A stretch of 64,000 nucleotides of DNA from Cycas panzhihuaensis (Eukaryota; Plantae; Cycadophyta). The translations under genes were made by a program, and so were the position numbers. Every line of letters starts with the position of its first letter. Position 1 is the first letter of the stretch. The stretch lies in the NCBI GenBank assembly GCA_023213395.1, contig CM041465.1, positions 103,113,741 to 103,177,740 of the forward strand, given 5' to 3'. The notes beneath the pieces were generated by a model. The model did not search any database, was not told the DNA's origin, and was given only the letters and a program-made list of their open reading frames with translations. This document shows positions 63,350 through 64,000 of this stretch, piece after piece.

Positions 63350-64000
63350 AGAAATACCTGTGCAGGGGGTAGGCCATACAAATCACAACTTTACAAGCAA
63401 TCCTTAGGATGTGAGAGGGTTATGTAAAAGCAGGTGTAAACCAAATGCCTCCTGCAAGGTGCTCATGCATCGTATGGATGCAGATGTAAAGCTAAGGGTG
63501 GCTATTTAGAGGCTAGTAGGGAATCTAAAGGCAACACATATGTGTTTGTGTGTGCTTAATATATAGCCAAGGTATTGTGGATCTATGAGGAGTAAACTAA
63601 TAAGTGTAAAAATCCTAATGTAACTATATGCAATTTTTATTAAGTGCACCCAACAAACAATCCTATCTAGCATATGCACTATAGCTTCACGAGTTCAGGA
63701 ACTCACGACTATGTGGTCCCTTCCTTTGCTTAGGCCTCCAAATAAAGTGTGCAAAGTCTATTATAAAATGCATTACTGCAATGCAATATGCATGAAAGAA
63801 GAAATATGGTTGCTTCAATTTTTTTGAAGGGTAGGGTTTATGGTTTTTCCTTTTTTTTTTTTTAGTCTCTTTATGCTTGAAGGGAAAAAAGCAAACAAGA
63901 TGACTGAAAATAAAATCTACTTTATTTTTCCCTTTTCTTTTCTTTTCTTTTTTTGTTTCTTCATTTTAGGGGAGAAGAGGGAGAAAACTAAATAAAAAGA
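63350..64000. mobile_element. Unrelated insertion (probably an LTR of another element) interrupting RNase H of element I; runs off the window
   Basis: The I reading frame (..ISKI*DYDIEI) breaks abruptly at about 63349 and is replaced by non-coding LTR-like sequence. Confidence 0.45.

Overview
Land-plant nuclear DNA, AT-rich and about 75-80% decayed retroelements. A large-genome gymnosperm-like origin is inferred from the slow, deep TE nesting, not proven. Only one intact host gene is supported: a single-exon 177-aa predicted membrane protein (35797-36330, minus) with the WQRxILMGExCxPPDFSGxIxYD motif, in a CpG-retaining island. A second, gene-less CpG island rich in TF motifs lies about 3 kb upstream (about 39380-40100). 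Left nest: old Ty1/copia A (+) contains chromovirus gypsy B (-, 3288-18126), which contains Tnt1/Tork-like copia C (-, 9239-17446), which contains a 2.9-kb Gag-protease-chromodomain element D lacking RT/RH/INT core (+, 12538-15481, TSD CTCAC). A also carries a 5'-truncated RNase H-bearing L1 LINE E (19062-24554). Right nest: the 3' LTR of chromovirus I (-) is split by an apparently full-length L1 LINE G (47754-61697, 19-bp TSD), itself split by copia H (-, 52526-60173, TSD GTGTG) with a 2-kb structured leader. A solo LTR related to C sits at 45514-46030 (TSD AGGAA). All TE coding regions carry stops or frameshifts. I cannot demonstrate a new biological system. The best leads are element D, a Q/G/aromatic low-complexity insert in Gag of A, the structured (partly hammerhead-like) leader of H, and the orphan regulatory island.
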